Positions 27,421 to 40,662 of a stretch of 64,000 nucleotides of DNA are shown here, in pieces. Made by a program: the position numbers and the translations under genes. The DNA lies in the NCBI GenBank assembly GCA_951406725.2, contig OX597816.1, positions 98,270,001-98,334,000 of the forward strand, given 5' to 3'. The stretch comes from Octopus vulgaris (Eukaryota). The notes beneath the pieces were generated by a model that worked only from the letters and a program-made list of their open reading frames with translations, was not told the DNA's origin and ran no database searches. How positions within the stretch are numbered: position 1 is the stretch's first letter; the number at the start of each line of letters is the position of its first letter.

Positions 27421-28083
27421 AGTACAACATAAACACACATTTGTATTTCCAGTGACATTTCACTAGTGTTTCTCAATATTTTAGTTTAGGTATATGAGAA
27501 TTGGCCGTATTTCTAGATCTGTGCAACAGGATATGTAATAAAATATCATCAATATAACTAATGAGGAAGAACCACCTGTGTAACAGAAGTTGCATACGGA
27601 ATTATCGTTTCTAAGAGAATGAAAGGATATAAATTATGAGTATATTAAATGTATTAACACAGACTCATTTATCTAGAATACATACACCGGTATAATTTCA
27701 AAAACGTCAAATAAAATATTCAAAATGTAAACAATAGTTTTAATTACGCAATCCCCAAGGACGTATAATTTTGTATCAGTAGTTTTGAAGTGTTTAAATA
27801 AATAATCTAATACACGTGAGGTACAGCTGGCAGAAAGTATATACTAATGAAAGAGACAAGGTAGAAAACAAATCTAAGCAGTTATAGAAATAAATTTTCA
27901 TTATCTGTAGACTTGCTCGTATGTCAGGTCGATCAGTAAGTTACATAAAATCTTTCTGGTTACAAAGTGTTGACATTAACAATAATAATAATATAGCGCA
28001 TATCTAGAGACTGACAGAAATGTTTAAGCGCTAAAATAACACTAATATATCTTGTCAGTTTTCAACTTCAAAGGAGAACATGT

Positions 28084-28130
<47 letters not shown>

Positions 28131-28599
28131 TTAAAATATAGTATACATACAAATATAAATACGTGTCATATATGTATATTATTTATGTATGTGTAGGAAT
28201 GTATGCATACATGCACATACATGCATAACTTAATCTAACAAATATTGGTTTCCCAGAACAAACGACTTTGCGAGTGGATATTATCGAAAGTCTCGAAACA
28301 ATACTTGTGTGTGTGTGCACTTTTTCAAGTAAGCTTTTTCTTAATAATTACGATGCGCACTCTTCTATCTCTACTATCTCTTCTCTGTCTATCTCTCTCC
28401 CTCTCTTGTTCTTCATCCTTTCTGATTTTCTCTCCCACTCTTCCATATTCTTCTCTCCTCTTCACCGTTCCTTCTCTCTTACTCCTCTTCCTCAACTCTC
28501 TCGTCACTGCCCACTACATTCCTAATCACAAAACGTGCTTTGCTTATGCTGTCTCCTCTCATAAGGTCGTCTTCTACGCGTTCATAATAATTTTTCTAT

Positions 28600-28990
28600 C
28601 GTCTTGGCTTAACAGCCTTTACCGTGTGTTTTTATTGTTTTCTTCTCACTGTCCTGTTCTTGTTACCACTTTAACTCTCCGTAAAGACTCCCAAGTTTTA
28701 TTCAATTTGCTTTGCGAGAAGGACTGTTTCAACGAAGTCGCGTATTGTCCTTGCCTTCATAATGCGACGTAGAAGAAGCAGGGCCAACTGAAGAAAAGTA
28801 TTGTTCTTTATGTTGCATGTCTCGTTTCTCTGTTTTTTCGTTGTTCCCCAAAAAGTTCGTTTCTTGTTTTTGTTTTTATGTTTTCTTTTCTCATTGTATT
28901 CTAACTTTTTTGATGTCCTACACCCATACATGCATGTATATATGTAGGTATGCACATATATGTATGTATATATGCATATATTTATATATT
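28600..28990 (+). mobile_element. Diverged solo copy of pLTR-like family A
   Basis: Aligns with 10095-10555 (taacagcc.tt, ctgtcctgtt.ttgttacca, tttgcttt..gaagga, actgaagaa, tctcattgt). Confidence 0.65.
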
Positions 28991-29021
28991 ATCTATATGT
29001 GATGTATATATATATATATAT

Positions 29022-29778
29022 ATCAATCAATATAAGGGTAACAAAAAATTCAAGAAAAATATTCTGCAACCAGCGGTCAAGTGAAAAAATAGAGATAGTC
29101 CAGACTATATAATATATTCAGCAAATAATTAAGGAATGACCCTGAGAAGGTCGTTCGACTCACTGGAAAAGAGCATCTAAACTCAAAACCGCAAAAATAG
29201 TAGTAATTCAGAAACTAAAGGAGAAATAAAAATAATTTATCCCCTTCAAACTTTGTACCCTGCAAGGTTTCAACATCTTTCACGCAATCAAATTTAATTA
29301 AATTAAATTAAATCTGTTTACGCTTGGCTTGTCTCGTCAGCAAAGTCGCCAAAAGAGGGGGGAGATATTTATACACGAGGCTACACCATCCAAGCCTCGG
29401 GTCTATATATCCTAAATTTTCGAATTCACCGTAATCGCGCCATCTACTCCGCAACAAATATAAACTGCTGATACAAATTTCAGAATTAGTCAAGAATTCA
29501 TTAATCAATCAATATAAGGGTAACAAAAAATTCAAGAAAAATTTTCTGCAACCAGCGGTCAAGTGAGAAAATAGAGATAGTCACAGACTATATAATATAT
29601 TCAGCAAATAATTAAGGAATGACCCTGAGAAGGTCGTTCGACTCACTTGAAAAGAGCATCTAAACTCAAAACCGCAAAAATAGTAGTAATTCTGAAACTA
29701 GAGGAGAAATAAAAACATTTATCCCCTTCAAACTTTGTACCCTGCAAGGTTTCAACATCTTTCACGCAATCAAATTTA
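29022..29778 (-). mobile_element. Non-coding 482-bp tandem unit (~1.6 copies) with hammerhead ribozyme; retrozyme- or pLTR-like
   Basis: 29022-29296 is repeated at 29504-29778. Flanked on both sides by (TA)n and contains the HHR at 29251-29345. Confidence 0.8.
29251..29345 (-). ncRNA. Type-I hammerhead ribozyme with canonical core
   Basis: Minus strand: ctttg-CTGACGA-gac-(long loop)-gtt-GAAA-cct(tgca)ggg-TA-caaag. Stem I is 5 bp, stem III has a palindromic loop, and the cleavage triplet is GUA. Confidence 0.85.
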
Positions 29779-29804
29779 TGTATATATATATATATATACA
29801 TACA

Positions 29805-30476
29805 CTGTTGTATTTCGGGATGGTCATTGTATTTTTTACTTTTGTTTTTGCCAAATAGAAACGCAATATATTTTTTTCTTCACTCGTTTATTCCTATTAT
29901 TTTATTATTTAACGCCTGTCCACTGTCCGGAAATATTTCGTCACACATCCGTGACCTCTTCAACGATTCTTTTCATTTCTGTGTGTGTTCTTGCTCCACT
30001 TACTCTATTCTATTCTTCTAATATGTGTATCCTTATGTGCATTGCTGTTTATGTCCTTGTTTGTGCGTGTGTTTCTGTGTGTGTGTGTGTGTTTGTATGT
30101 GTCTGTGTATGCTCATGTGCGTGTTATAGTTGTTAGCACCAATGTGACCACATTGAGCTAAAAACTGACACGTACACAAGCATACACACACACGACACAC
30201 ACACACAAGCAATGACACAAACGCATACACACAAAAGGATGCACATTGTTAGAAGAATAGTATGAAGTAAGTAGAGCAAGAACACACACGGAAGCGAAAC
30301 GTGTCACTGAAGAGGTCACAGCTGTTTGACGAAATATTTCCGGACAATGGACAGGCTTTAAAATAATAAAGCAATAGTAATGAACGAGGGAAGAAAGAAA
30401 AAATATACATATATAGTGTGTTTGTTTATTTGGCAAAAAAATAATAAATGAAATGACCATCCCAAAATATAGCAAT
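29805..30476. mobile_element. Foldback of two HHR-bearing pLTR-like arms
   Basis: Diverged inverted arms meet at caatgtg-ac-cacattg (30140-30155). HHR-like motifs at 29927-29966 (-) and 30303-30344 (+): CTGAAGA-g-gtca..tgac-GAAA-tatt-TC. Confidence 0.75.
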
Positions 30477-32415
30477 ACCTGTTTCAACACACAATTTCAC
30501 ATCAGGAATATTGCAAAATGAAATTACACACACACACATGTAAATCTATACGTACATTGTACGTATATCTATCTAGATAAGTAGCTAATTGTATATATGT
30601 TTATTTATCTTTATATGTATGCATTATATGAATATTTATATATGTATGTATATGCATGTTTGTATATACATATATAGACCGTGAGTGGGAGAGAAAAATA
30701 GCTTCTGATATATTCATGGACATATGTAAATATACGAATACATATGTGTATACTAAAATATATGTGTGTGTGTATATGCATAACTATATATGTAACTATC
30801 CTATTTATAAATGTGTATGTATATAAATGAATGTGCGCATATGTAAATATATATTTGTATGTGTGTGTGCACAAATGCACAAATTGATGCAAAAAGTTTG
30901 GGGAGAAATGGAACAGACGAAAAACGACAACCAAAATAAAACGGTGCCGAAAAACATAGTTATACCGCCTGTAACATTCAATTACGAGAAATCTCTCATA
31001 TCAGTCCATTTCTATTGGAAGCAAAATATAACTGGCATGTTAGCAAATGAAATATTGCTTGTAATTTTAAACAAAATGCATTCTCTTATTCCTGATTAAT
31101 ATCTAGAAAAGAATTATAGTATTTTGTAGGAATCTGTAATTTGAATCAATACGAAAATTATTGAACATCGGGTAAGATATCGAAACAGCAAAGCTAATTG
31201 AAATAGATTTCATGTATATCGAAGAAAAACGCACAAATATATTATTTTTGCAACCCGGAGAATAGTGTATAACCAGTTGTTTTTTCTTACAAATAAATGC
31301 CAAAGAATCTTCAAAGTAGAAAGAAATTTTTAAGCAAATTTTCTGAAGGTAGCTTCTCTATACGGCATGTGTCCTAAGAATGGACTTTTCAAAATCGGGA
31401 CAGTATTTGAAGTTCGTATACGTAAAGTCTCATTAGATTAACATGAAACAATAAAATAATTATCTTTCGAGAATTTATATATCGTACACTTAAAATCCGT
31501 AGTCTAAGCCCACGAATATCTCAATGCGAGAAAAGATATCAATCGAAAGGAAATGAAGGTTATTTCCGGATAGTTTAAGAAAGAAGTCCTAAAATTTGCT
31601 CATATCGAAAGGATACAATTACTTAAACGTATAATAATGTTTATTTTAAACTTAACTGCATTTGAAAAATTTTGTATTATGCCTACAAATGTGTAATAAA
31701 CAAGTTCGTATACGTATTGACAATCATTTATGCGTCACTTTCGTGACTTCAAATAAAATCGTTAGGAATGAGAAACGTTCCTCACGTTACGGAATAACAT
31801 TCTGAAAATATAGATCAATGATGTTATACACTCAAACAATTCCAAATATAAATTAAGGCTTCAATTTATTCACTTAAAATTCTTGCCTACTGATCATTAA
31901 AATGATAATCTGTCTGTTTAGCAATAATACATCATTTATTGCCAAATGATTATACTCGTAGGTCATGAAAAAACAAAAACTCATTGATATATTCTGAGTG
32001 TATCCGTGTCCTAGGTTATGAGTGAAGGGAATTAATTATCCATTAAATTATATCCAACATTAGGCATAATTTAGTGAAATTATACCGAACATTTCACAAA
32101 ATTATATCTGATAACATTGACCCATATATTATGTGTGAATGAGAAGAGATTGTAAGTTATAAAATACTTTCAAACATAAGCCCTCTCAATCAGGCCTGAG
32201 CCTGTCTAAGCAGCAACAACAGTAACATGAAAATATGCTAGAGTATTATACTGTCAAACATGGCGCCGCTCATGGTCTATTTTATCATCCCTAAGCATAG
32301 ATTTATAATAAATACGATGCAACTGATATATTCTTTATAGTTGCTAAATTATTTCATAATTCTATTCGCAAATAGATTACAGAAAAATTTTATTGATGTT
32401 TCATATATATATATA

Positions 32416-32480
<65 letters not shown>

Positions 32481-32489
32481 GTAAATATA

Positions 32490-34545
32490 ATAAATGACAA
32501 TTATTCGGTAGCCATGATAAAACACCACGTTTCGGCTGTCGGAGCCGAAACCCACACCGGCATCTCTTCAATTATCGGGCCATCGAAAAAAATGCTATGA
32601 AAATGACCGTTAAACAAAGGGAAATTACTGTGTGATTGACCGTTATTAAAGCCAAAAGAGCTATTAGAATGGCCGCTAAGAAAGCGGAGGGAGTAAATAT
32701 AAGGGAGTATAAATGGTCATAGTAATCGCGTAAGCGCACATGACCATACATACACATGCACATCCGCACACCCACGTACATGTGGCTTTATGTATAAGCT
32801 CATTTACCTTCACTTGAAACAGACACATGCTCACGCATACATTCGCCAAAAAATATATACATACCTGCATACACGCTCGCACACTCACACACGCGCACAA
32901 AAAGGTTCATACACACGTGTATACACGCACACGCACAAGACAAAGCATAGAGCTATAGGCAAAATCTTTATGCGCACATACTCGCATGCACGCGCACACA
33001 CGTCTGTATACGGACATACTCGCACTTGTTTGTATACGCACACATACACGCACAAAAACACGTCTATATACGCACATGCACAAAAAGACAGGGCTGAAAG
33101 CAAAATACAGAAAAATGTGTAAAAAATGTGTAAAATATAAACAATAACAGTTATATACGTCTATATACGCACATACTCGCATGCACGCACACGCACGTGT
33201 CTACATAAGCACAGGGAAACTGCAGGGTCGAAGGTAGAATACAGACAAAATATGTGTAAAATATATATGAGCAATAAAACTATAAATTTGTAAAAATATA
33301 TAAAAATATATAAATATATATAAGAGAAATATAAGTAAAAGGCATAGAGAGATAAAAAGCATATACGTGGACACAATATAGAAAACAAGTCCTATCTGTA
33401 ATCTCGGGAGACCAAAAACGTAACAAATATTTAGCCGCGTATGGACGCGACCCTAAAAAGTTCAGTTCTTGAATTTAGACTTGTGGTGGGGGTCTAAGCT
33501 GCTTTTCTAGATGAGCCATCTTTGCATATCACAAATACGGCAATTTCCACTGCCGTTGGCGTAGGGTTGACTAATATATTCCAAAGGATGATGTAACTGA
33601 CACTTTATATTTGAAGGACCATATATGACTGGATAATTTGGTCGTTTTCCTTTTATCCCAGTGCATGAAGCTCAAGGTGTGATTATTGAACCTGGCCTTA
33701 AATTACCCTCTTTAAGGCTCTCGGATTTCTTCGTCAAAACCGTGTCTTTACTGGATATATGGAGTCCACGGTGGCTGCATAAATGATGGTTTCGAACATG
33801 CAAGCTCCATTCAACGGGCACAAATTTTTATCCCTGCATGAGCAGCTGGTTTTATTTTGTGGTCTTTGTGTGTTGTGTGCGAATATATGTTCAAAATTAA
33901 TAGTTGATCTGAAACTGATTTTTAAGTTATGTTTATCGAAGAGCTTTCTGTAACTATGGTTGACTGGAAAATATCTATCTATCAGTGCTAAGAAATACAT
34001 AGCTATATTAAAGGTCACTTTAGGGGAGCAGGGGTGTGTGAACTAGATAGTTTTCCTATTCCTATGTTTCCTTTTCTTTATTATTGGACAGGTGGCAGGC
34101 GGGTATATATATATTTTTTAGCGAATGTGTGGGTGAGCATGTGTGTGTTTCAACTGAAGGTGGATGAGTATATACATATAGGTGCATGTACATGGTTGTG
34201 CGTGCGAGTATTTGTATGTATGGACATGCGCGCTTACGTGATTAGTATGAACATTTTTACTGCCTTACATTTACTCCCTCCGCTTACTTAGCGGTCATTC
34301 TAATAGCTCTTTTGTCTTAATAATGGTCAATCACACAGTAATTTCCCTTAGTTTACCGGTAATTTTCATAGCATTTTTTCAATGACCCTATAACTGAAGA
34401 GATGCCGGCGTGGGTTTCGGGTCCGACAGCTGAAACTCGGTGTTTTATCATGGGTACCGAATAATAGTCACATATTACATTTAAAGTTAAATTCCTATAT
34501 TTACATAATATCGAGGACTCTTTCATTCTTTTCTTGTCTTGCCAT
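32490..34545 (-). mobile_element. Decayed Naiad/Chlamys-type Penelope-like element 3' end with inverted pLTRs
   Basis: 33400-34020 (-) encodes NIA..FLALIDRYFP.NH.YRKLFDKHNLKISF..CSCRDKNLCPLNGAC....IY.A..FKARFNNHTLSF..TKLSSHIW..CRIC..LNSRTEL. 32492-32868 is the inverted copy of 34094-34476. Confidence 0.85.
34390..34449 (+). ncRNA. Hammerhead-like motif in inverted pLTR (mirror copy at 32516-32576, minus strand)
   Basis: ataa-CTGAAGA-gatgccgg..ccgacagct-GAAA-c(tcggt)g-TT-ttat; stem II is imperfect. Confidence 0.55.
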
Positions 34546-34550
34546 TTCTG

Positions 34551-34685
<135 letters not shown>

Positions 34686-34825
34686 ATGTGTGTGTGTGTA
34701 TGTGTGTGTATGTGTGTGTGTGTGTGTAATTTAAGTAGTATTATTACCATTATATACTGTAATAATAAGGTGGCTAGCAATTTCACCCCTTTACAGGCAC
34801 AATATATAAAATAATTTCAGAATAT

Positions 34826-35201
34826 GTAGGGTATATAATGCAACTAGCTAAAATCAGAGCCATTGCTCCAGAAATCACCTTAAAATTGCAATAAAGATAC
34901 ACACGAGGAATGCAATTAACATTTCAGAAATAGGCTTACCTTTGCATTGAATACATGAATAAGTAATGCATGTTTCAATACCAATTAATTTCACGCATTG
35001 CATGATAAACATGCTTTGCAGTCTTCAGCTGAAAACAGCATGTAGCATCTATTTCTGACATATTCACTACTTTAGGTCGTGTGCGTTCCTTACTTAAAAT
35101 GTCCAGCTCCGTTTAAAAGAAACTATCGCAAATAAGAAAAAAATTATGGTGATTTTTGGAGCAATGGCTCTGAATTTAGCAAGTGGTATTATATACCCTA
35201 C
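34826..35201. mobile_element. Inverted-repeat element (MITE-like or pLTR-end pair)
   Basis: gtagggtatataatgcaactagctaaaatcagagccattgctccagaaatcacc is imperfectly inverted at 35148-35201. Confidence 0.7.
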
Positions 35202-35327
35202 TATATATATATATATACAGAGATATCTATATATAAACATACATGTATATATATACATGTATCTACATATTTATTTATATATGTAAATATATATAAATAA
35301 ATATGATATAAATATATATATATAGAC

Positions 35328-35390
<63 letters not shown>

Positions 35391-35959
35391 CGATGAGAAT
35401 ATGAAAGCGTAATTTCTGCTTCTCTTTGACGATAAGAATGCTAGATTTTCGTTAGTATGAAATTCTTTTCAAAATATCCATATTCATCGATTAGTTTGTT
35501 AATATTAATATTATTATTTATGTATTGTGACATATTTATTTAAAATGAAAACAAAGCCCAATATTGAAAATTGATTTTAAATTTCAAAGATACCATTCTA
35601 GAGAATCTAAAATACACTGAAGTTTGATATGCATTAGATAAGAATGGAACAAAAAGCGAACACATAAAAAGAATAACGCACAACGCAATGATTATGAGAT
35701 TATATTAAATCTCATGTAAATGACTCTCTATTCAACATTTAAAAATTAAATTTCTCAATACCACCTAGAAATGTTTCATGAATGCTAAATCTTACTCAGC
35801 ATTTCTATTGATTACTCTTTCATCAGCTTTTCATTTAGGAAATATAAGCGAAATATAAATGACGAAAGATTTTATATTGAATCAAGTGCTTTCACATCTG
35901 AAACTACCTCAAGATGCAAAGATGTAGCTATACTCTTATCAGAAGTTTTTATTTTATAT

Positions 35960-36031
<72 letters not shown>

Positions 36032-36033
36032 AC

Positions 36034-36074
<41 letters not shown>

Positions 36075-36210
36075 TATATATATATACATATATATATATA
36101 TACATATATACACATATATATACATTTATATATATATATATACATATATACATATATATATATATATGTGTGTGTCTGTGTGTGTGTATGTGTGCGTATA
36201 TATATATTGA
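35960..36210. repeat. Compound (CA)n/(TA)n microsatellite, representative of dozens in the window
   Basis: Direct inspection. Similar arrays at e.g. 3110-3215, 8150-8430, 10545-10645, 13020-13210, 34550-34730, 40500-40655, 44570-44635, 46720-46875 and 47047-47110. Confidence 0.95.
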
Positions 36211-36998
36211 TAGGGAGTTTGTATATTTTAGATGTATTATTTTGTTTTAATAATATAAAATTACATTTATAATCTTGCACATGTGTGTCTATGTCTGTAT
36301 GTGGGTATATATATATGCACAAACGAACTCCTCCACACACACACAACACATATATACCTATGTAATCGCATCTGAGAGTGCATGGGCGAGTGAGACCATG
36401 CGTATCCATCTATTATTTCAAGTAATATAGAAATATAATATTTATAATATACATATTTAACAATTAAACATAGTTACAGGATTAAAATTGTATAGGCCAA
36501 CACATATAATACGAAATATTGCGAGAATACAATCTCTTACTAAATCATGAACAACGCATTGCAACTATATTTTATAGCCGCAAGAACACTTAACAATAAG
36601 CTTCCCAGTATTTTCGGTTATCCATCTCTCCATTTAATCCAAGATATCTAATTCAACATTGCATACAATATATTACAAAATTAGCATCTATAAAGAGGAA
36701 TACACAATGAGCAGAGGAATTCTCTGATCCGATTTCGATTACAAAAGAAAATTTCGCTTATAGGAATAGCACAATATCGAATAACAGTAAAACTTTATAA
36801 ACATATATTGATATATATATATATACATAAAGTGTAATGAATTGAAGTATTTATGTGCTAAAATATGTTATGTGAAAAATACTGTTAATATGGGAATTGA
36901 ACAACATACGGCTTCATTTCTACAGGTGTACTTTTAAACTATAAATTTGATTTACATTCGCATGTATATGTATGTTTGTATTTATGTGTGTATGTTTG

Positions 36999-37064
<66 letters not shown>

Positions 37065-37093
37065 CATACATATATATATACACATATAAATAA

Positions 37094-37124
<31 letters not shown>

Positions 37125-37199
37125 AACTACATAGTCAAAATATATGAAACTCCACAGTTTAATGTTGAGCAACATAAAGCTTATTCCTTTGAAAGATAA

Positions 37200-37640
37200 A
37201 TTCAAAGGTATGTTGATTCCATGAACGATTTCACAAAAACGGGCCATGAAGATGCTTCTTGGAGATGGCGCAACACATTCACTTTTGTTGAGCCCCTCTC
37301 ATACTCAGTGGTGGCACAGGGATTTTCTTCGCCCCAAATGCTTATTTACTTTGCCATTCGTATGAAATGTCGCCTTATCACTGAAAACAAGACGTTTTTT
37401 GAACTCCGCTTGTTCAAGTTTCTCTTGCATATTAGCACAGAATTGTTTGCGCTTTCGCTTGTCATCTGCCGCTATGGCCTGAATGATGTGCAGTTTGTAG
37501 GGTTTCATGTCCAAATCTGCATTGCCGTTGGTGACTTTTTAGAGAACTCTCTCACAAATGCACGCTCCACAGTCTTGTTCGACTGTGTTTAAGTATACTC
37601 CAACACACAAAACACCTTTTCTTTTCCAGTGAATGATATT
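37200..37640 (-). mobile_element. Tc1/mariner (Tc3-like) transposase fragment
   Basis: MKPYKLHIIQAI...D..KRKQFC...LVFSDKATFHTNGKVN, then WGEENP....ERGSTKVNV in a shifted frame. Confidence 0.85.
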
Positions 37641-37679
37641 TCTATACCTGAAAAGATAAACGCATCAAACAGGTCGGCC

Positions 37680-38050
37680 GGGAGAAATTTATTTCTCGTA
37701 ACCGTCGTAACCTCTTGGCCCTTTTAACCAGGTTCCAGTAGCAACACTAACATCTAACTTACGTGACCTGCGTCGTTTGGAGAACGCCCTTGCTTCCAGC
37801 TCGTCGTCAGGCCACACACATTAAAGCATCCTACGTTAACTGCCATAAGTCTTACCTTAGTAGCTCAGCTTCACTTTGCGACGGAGGGGCCTCCGCCTCC
37901 TTTTCTTTTTCGCGGGTTCGTGGAGTTGGGGTGCATAGTCCATCGTAAATTTGCGGTGAGATATCCAATCCAAGAGGTCCGGCATCTTTCCTATGGTCAT
38001 TGTAAAAACAAGCAATAAACAGTTTTTTCACAACAAGTAATAACAACTTT
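37680..38050 (-). mobile_element. L1/Tx1-like LINE fragment: ORF1/ORF2 junction and APE endonuclease N-terminus
   Basis: ATG at 37846 (-) gives MAVNVGCFNVCGLTTSWKQG, then RKLDV..ATGTWL in a shifted frame; this is the APE NVxGL...D....ET motif pattern. Confidence 0.6.
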
Positions 38051-38338
38051 CAACAACGAACATAATTTCTCACCTCAACAGTAACACAGTAAAACAATCT
38101 ACGCACGAGTCCAGACTAAGCAACGAATGTTAGAAATTTCTTTCGTTATTGCCCACAAGGGACCAACGAAGAGTGAACAATACAGGACATGTGGGGACAT
38201 ATACCATATGAAGATGAATGATATGGGTTTGTGCAGATGAGACAGTTACCCCGGCCCCACTCCAGCATGGTTACGTTTATACAATTAATTCAAAATATTT
38301 ATAATTTTTCTTTTTTTTTCTTTTAAAAATGTCATTGT

Positions 38339-38611
38339 TTATTCAGTTTTCTGTTTTTCATAAAATTTAATCCGCAATAATTTTTCTACTTGCCACTTGA
38401 TGTCTTTCTTTATCTCGTCATATTCTACGACTAGGGTGCGGGGTTCATATCCTACCTCCGACCCCAGTGATTTCACATCTGATGGAAATACTTCTAGTGT
38501 TTTATATCTTTCTTCATTTATCAAAATACACCTTATGTCTTTATCATAACCTTCTGGTAATTTTACTTTTCCTTTATGTAATACCTTTCCTTTTTGTAAT
38601 TTTTCTTTCAA
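38339..38611 (-). other. 90-aa Lys/Glu-rich ORF of unknown origin, possibly LINE ORF1 remnant
   Basis: Protein-like composition, same strand as and upstream of the APE fragment; no recognisable motif. Confidence 0.25.
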
Positions 38612-38783
38612 TGTTTTGATTTGTACAATCTGTTACTAAGTATATTCTGTTTCTATATGTGTTCTCGCCCTGTGTGTTTTGTGTCTGTGTGGAGGACAGA
38701 TGTAATTAATGTAAATAAGGTACATAATTCCTCATCATTTAAATATAGAACTATATGAGAAGCCAGGTTCGAAATTTCCCCAA

Positions 38784-38829
38784 GATACCTGATGAAGGCT
38801 GGAGGGTATATCAGCCGGAAAGTTGTGTT
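38784..38829 (+). ncRNA. Minimal hammerhead-like motif in solo pLTR (~38650-38890)
   Basis: gatac-CTGATGA-a-ggctg(gagggtatat)cagcc-ggaaag-TT-gtgtt; same layout as 15282-15319, with GAAACG mutated. Confidence 0.6.
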
Positions 38830-39250
38830 AACAACAAACAATTTGAGGACAAAACTTAGTGTGCATGCATAGCAAATTTCAAAGTCAATCTGCGCCAAGT
38901 AACTTCACTTAGATTTAACTGCGTTACTATACATGCAGTCCGGATACATACTGATTAGACTATGTATACATATGTCACAAAACTTGTGAGACGATATCTG
39001 GACTTAAATGACATATGCTAGTTCATAAAAAAAAACAACATTCCTTCAGATTTAGATTCCAAAGAGCAAAGATGTAGAAGAAATTTCAATAATATCTATC
39101 ACTTGTGTTTTAAACCGGGTCAGTCAGCAGCATGTTGTAAAAATGATGGAGTGTGGTGTGTGCGTTGATGGGGCAGTTATCATCTCTCAAGATGAAGCAA
39201 TCATCATATAGACATATGTGTGTGTGTATGTGTGTGTGTGTGTATCGTGA

Positions 39251-39283
<33 letters not shown>

Positions 39284-40560
39284 GACATCTGCTTATTCCA
39301 GCATTGCAAGCCAGTATATCGATGCTGCTGTTGTTGCATTAATCTAACTTAGAGAGTGAAGCAAGATACATATTTAGTTCAAAATTTTAAAAATATTATT
39401 TACTGAGTTAGTGTAAAATAAAACAGGAATTAGGAAAATGTTTTTGGTATTATATATTTACCTTTACATATGTTTCATTTACTAATAGGAATTACAGAAA
39501 TTTATATGTTGGATAGACGTTTCAGAAATTTGTTAGCAAATTTCTAACAAGTTTATCTAACATACAAAACTTTGTAAAACATGTAAAATATGAGTAATGG
39601 TGAATAAATAATAGCAAAAGATTGCACCTCCCTGTTTTGTTGTGTGTGTGTGTAAAACTTTGAAATATCACTGGATACAAAATGAATTCTACCCATTCAT
39701 GGATGGCTTTTTAAAATAATTTGTACACAGTACTATTTTTTGATTATTCGCGGACTTTTTGCATCAATATTCAAAATATTCCCATATTTACATAACCGGA
39801 AATTAGTTGTTGCTTCAAGCTTGCTTAACTCTAGTAGCACGGATTTCTTACAGACGTCATGCCAATATTTCTATCCAGTTTTCCTATCTTTTATGGCAAG
39901 CATCTTCATTAGATATAATTTCTTTTAATCAGTAGTGTGTTTCAGTGAGAATAGGCAGCTGGCTCTAGCATCACGGGCAGGATTCACCAAAATACACTGC
40001 AAATGGTCCAAGTATCAAATGTCTTCACAGACGTATATTTTCGTACTCTCTACATCATTGATTGTCTAAGCCATTTACGCAATCGAAGAATAGATTTGAA
40101 AATTACAATACTTTGAGAGTGTAAAAATTGTATTTTCTGTTGAGAAGAAACATAACAGCTCTTTTTCTAATGAAACAAGATATTAATTTCAATATAATAT
40201 GAGGAAATTGTAATATTATATTATAACCTTGGGACATCTCTCTATTATTACTATGAAAAGAAAACGTAGTTAAAAGAAAACAATAATATAAAACACAGAA
40301 ATAATCGAGCCAGTGTTTTAATGTTTTCCCATAAAGTACCGTTGATGTTGATAACAAACGATAATGCGATTTGAAAACAATTTTCGACTCTCTTTCATAA
40401 CAACTTGTGATGATATCATATTGTAACATTTTTAAAAATGCGTGCGCGCACCCACACACGCACTTACACATCCAAACATGTGTAGTCAAAGCATGTATGT
40501 ACATGCATACATACATACATACATACATACATACATACATACATACATCTATCTATTTAG

Positions 40561-40662
<102 letters not shown>

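Noticed and set aside
28250-28310. gacttt..aaagtc-tc-GAAA-caatacttg hairpin resembling an HHR 3' half
   Set aside because: No recognisable CTGANGA box or stem I.
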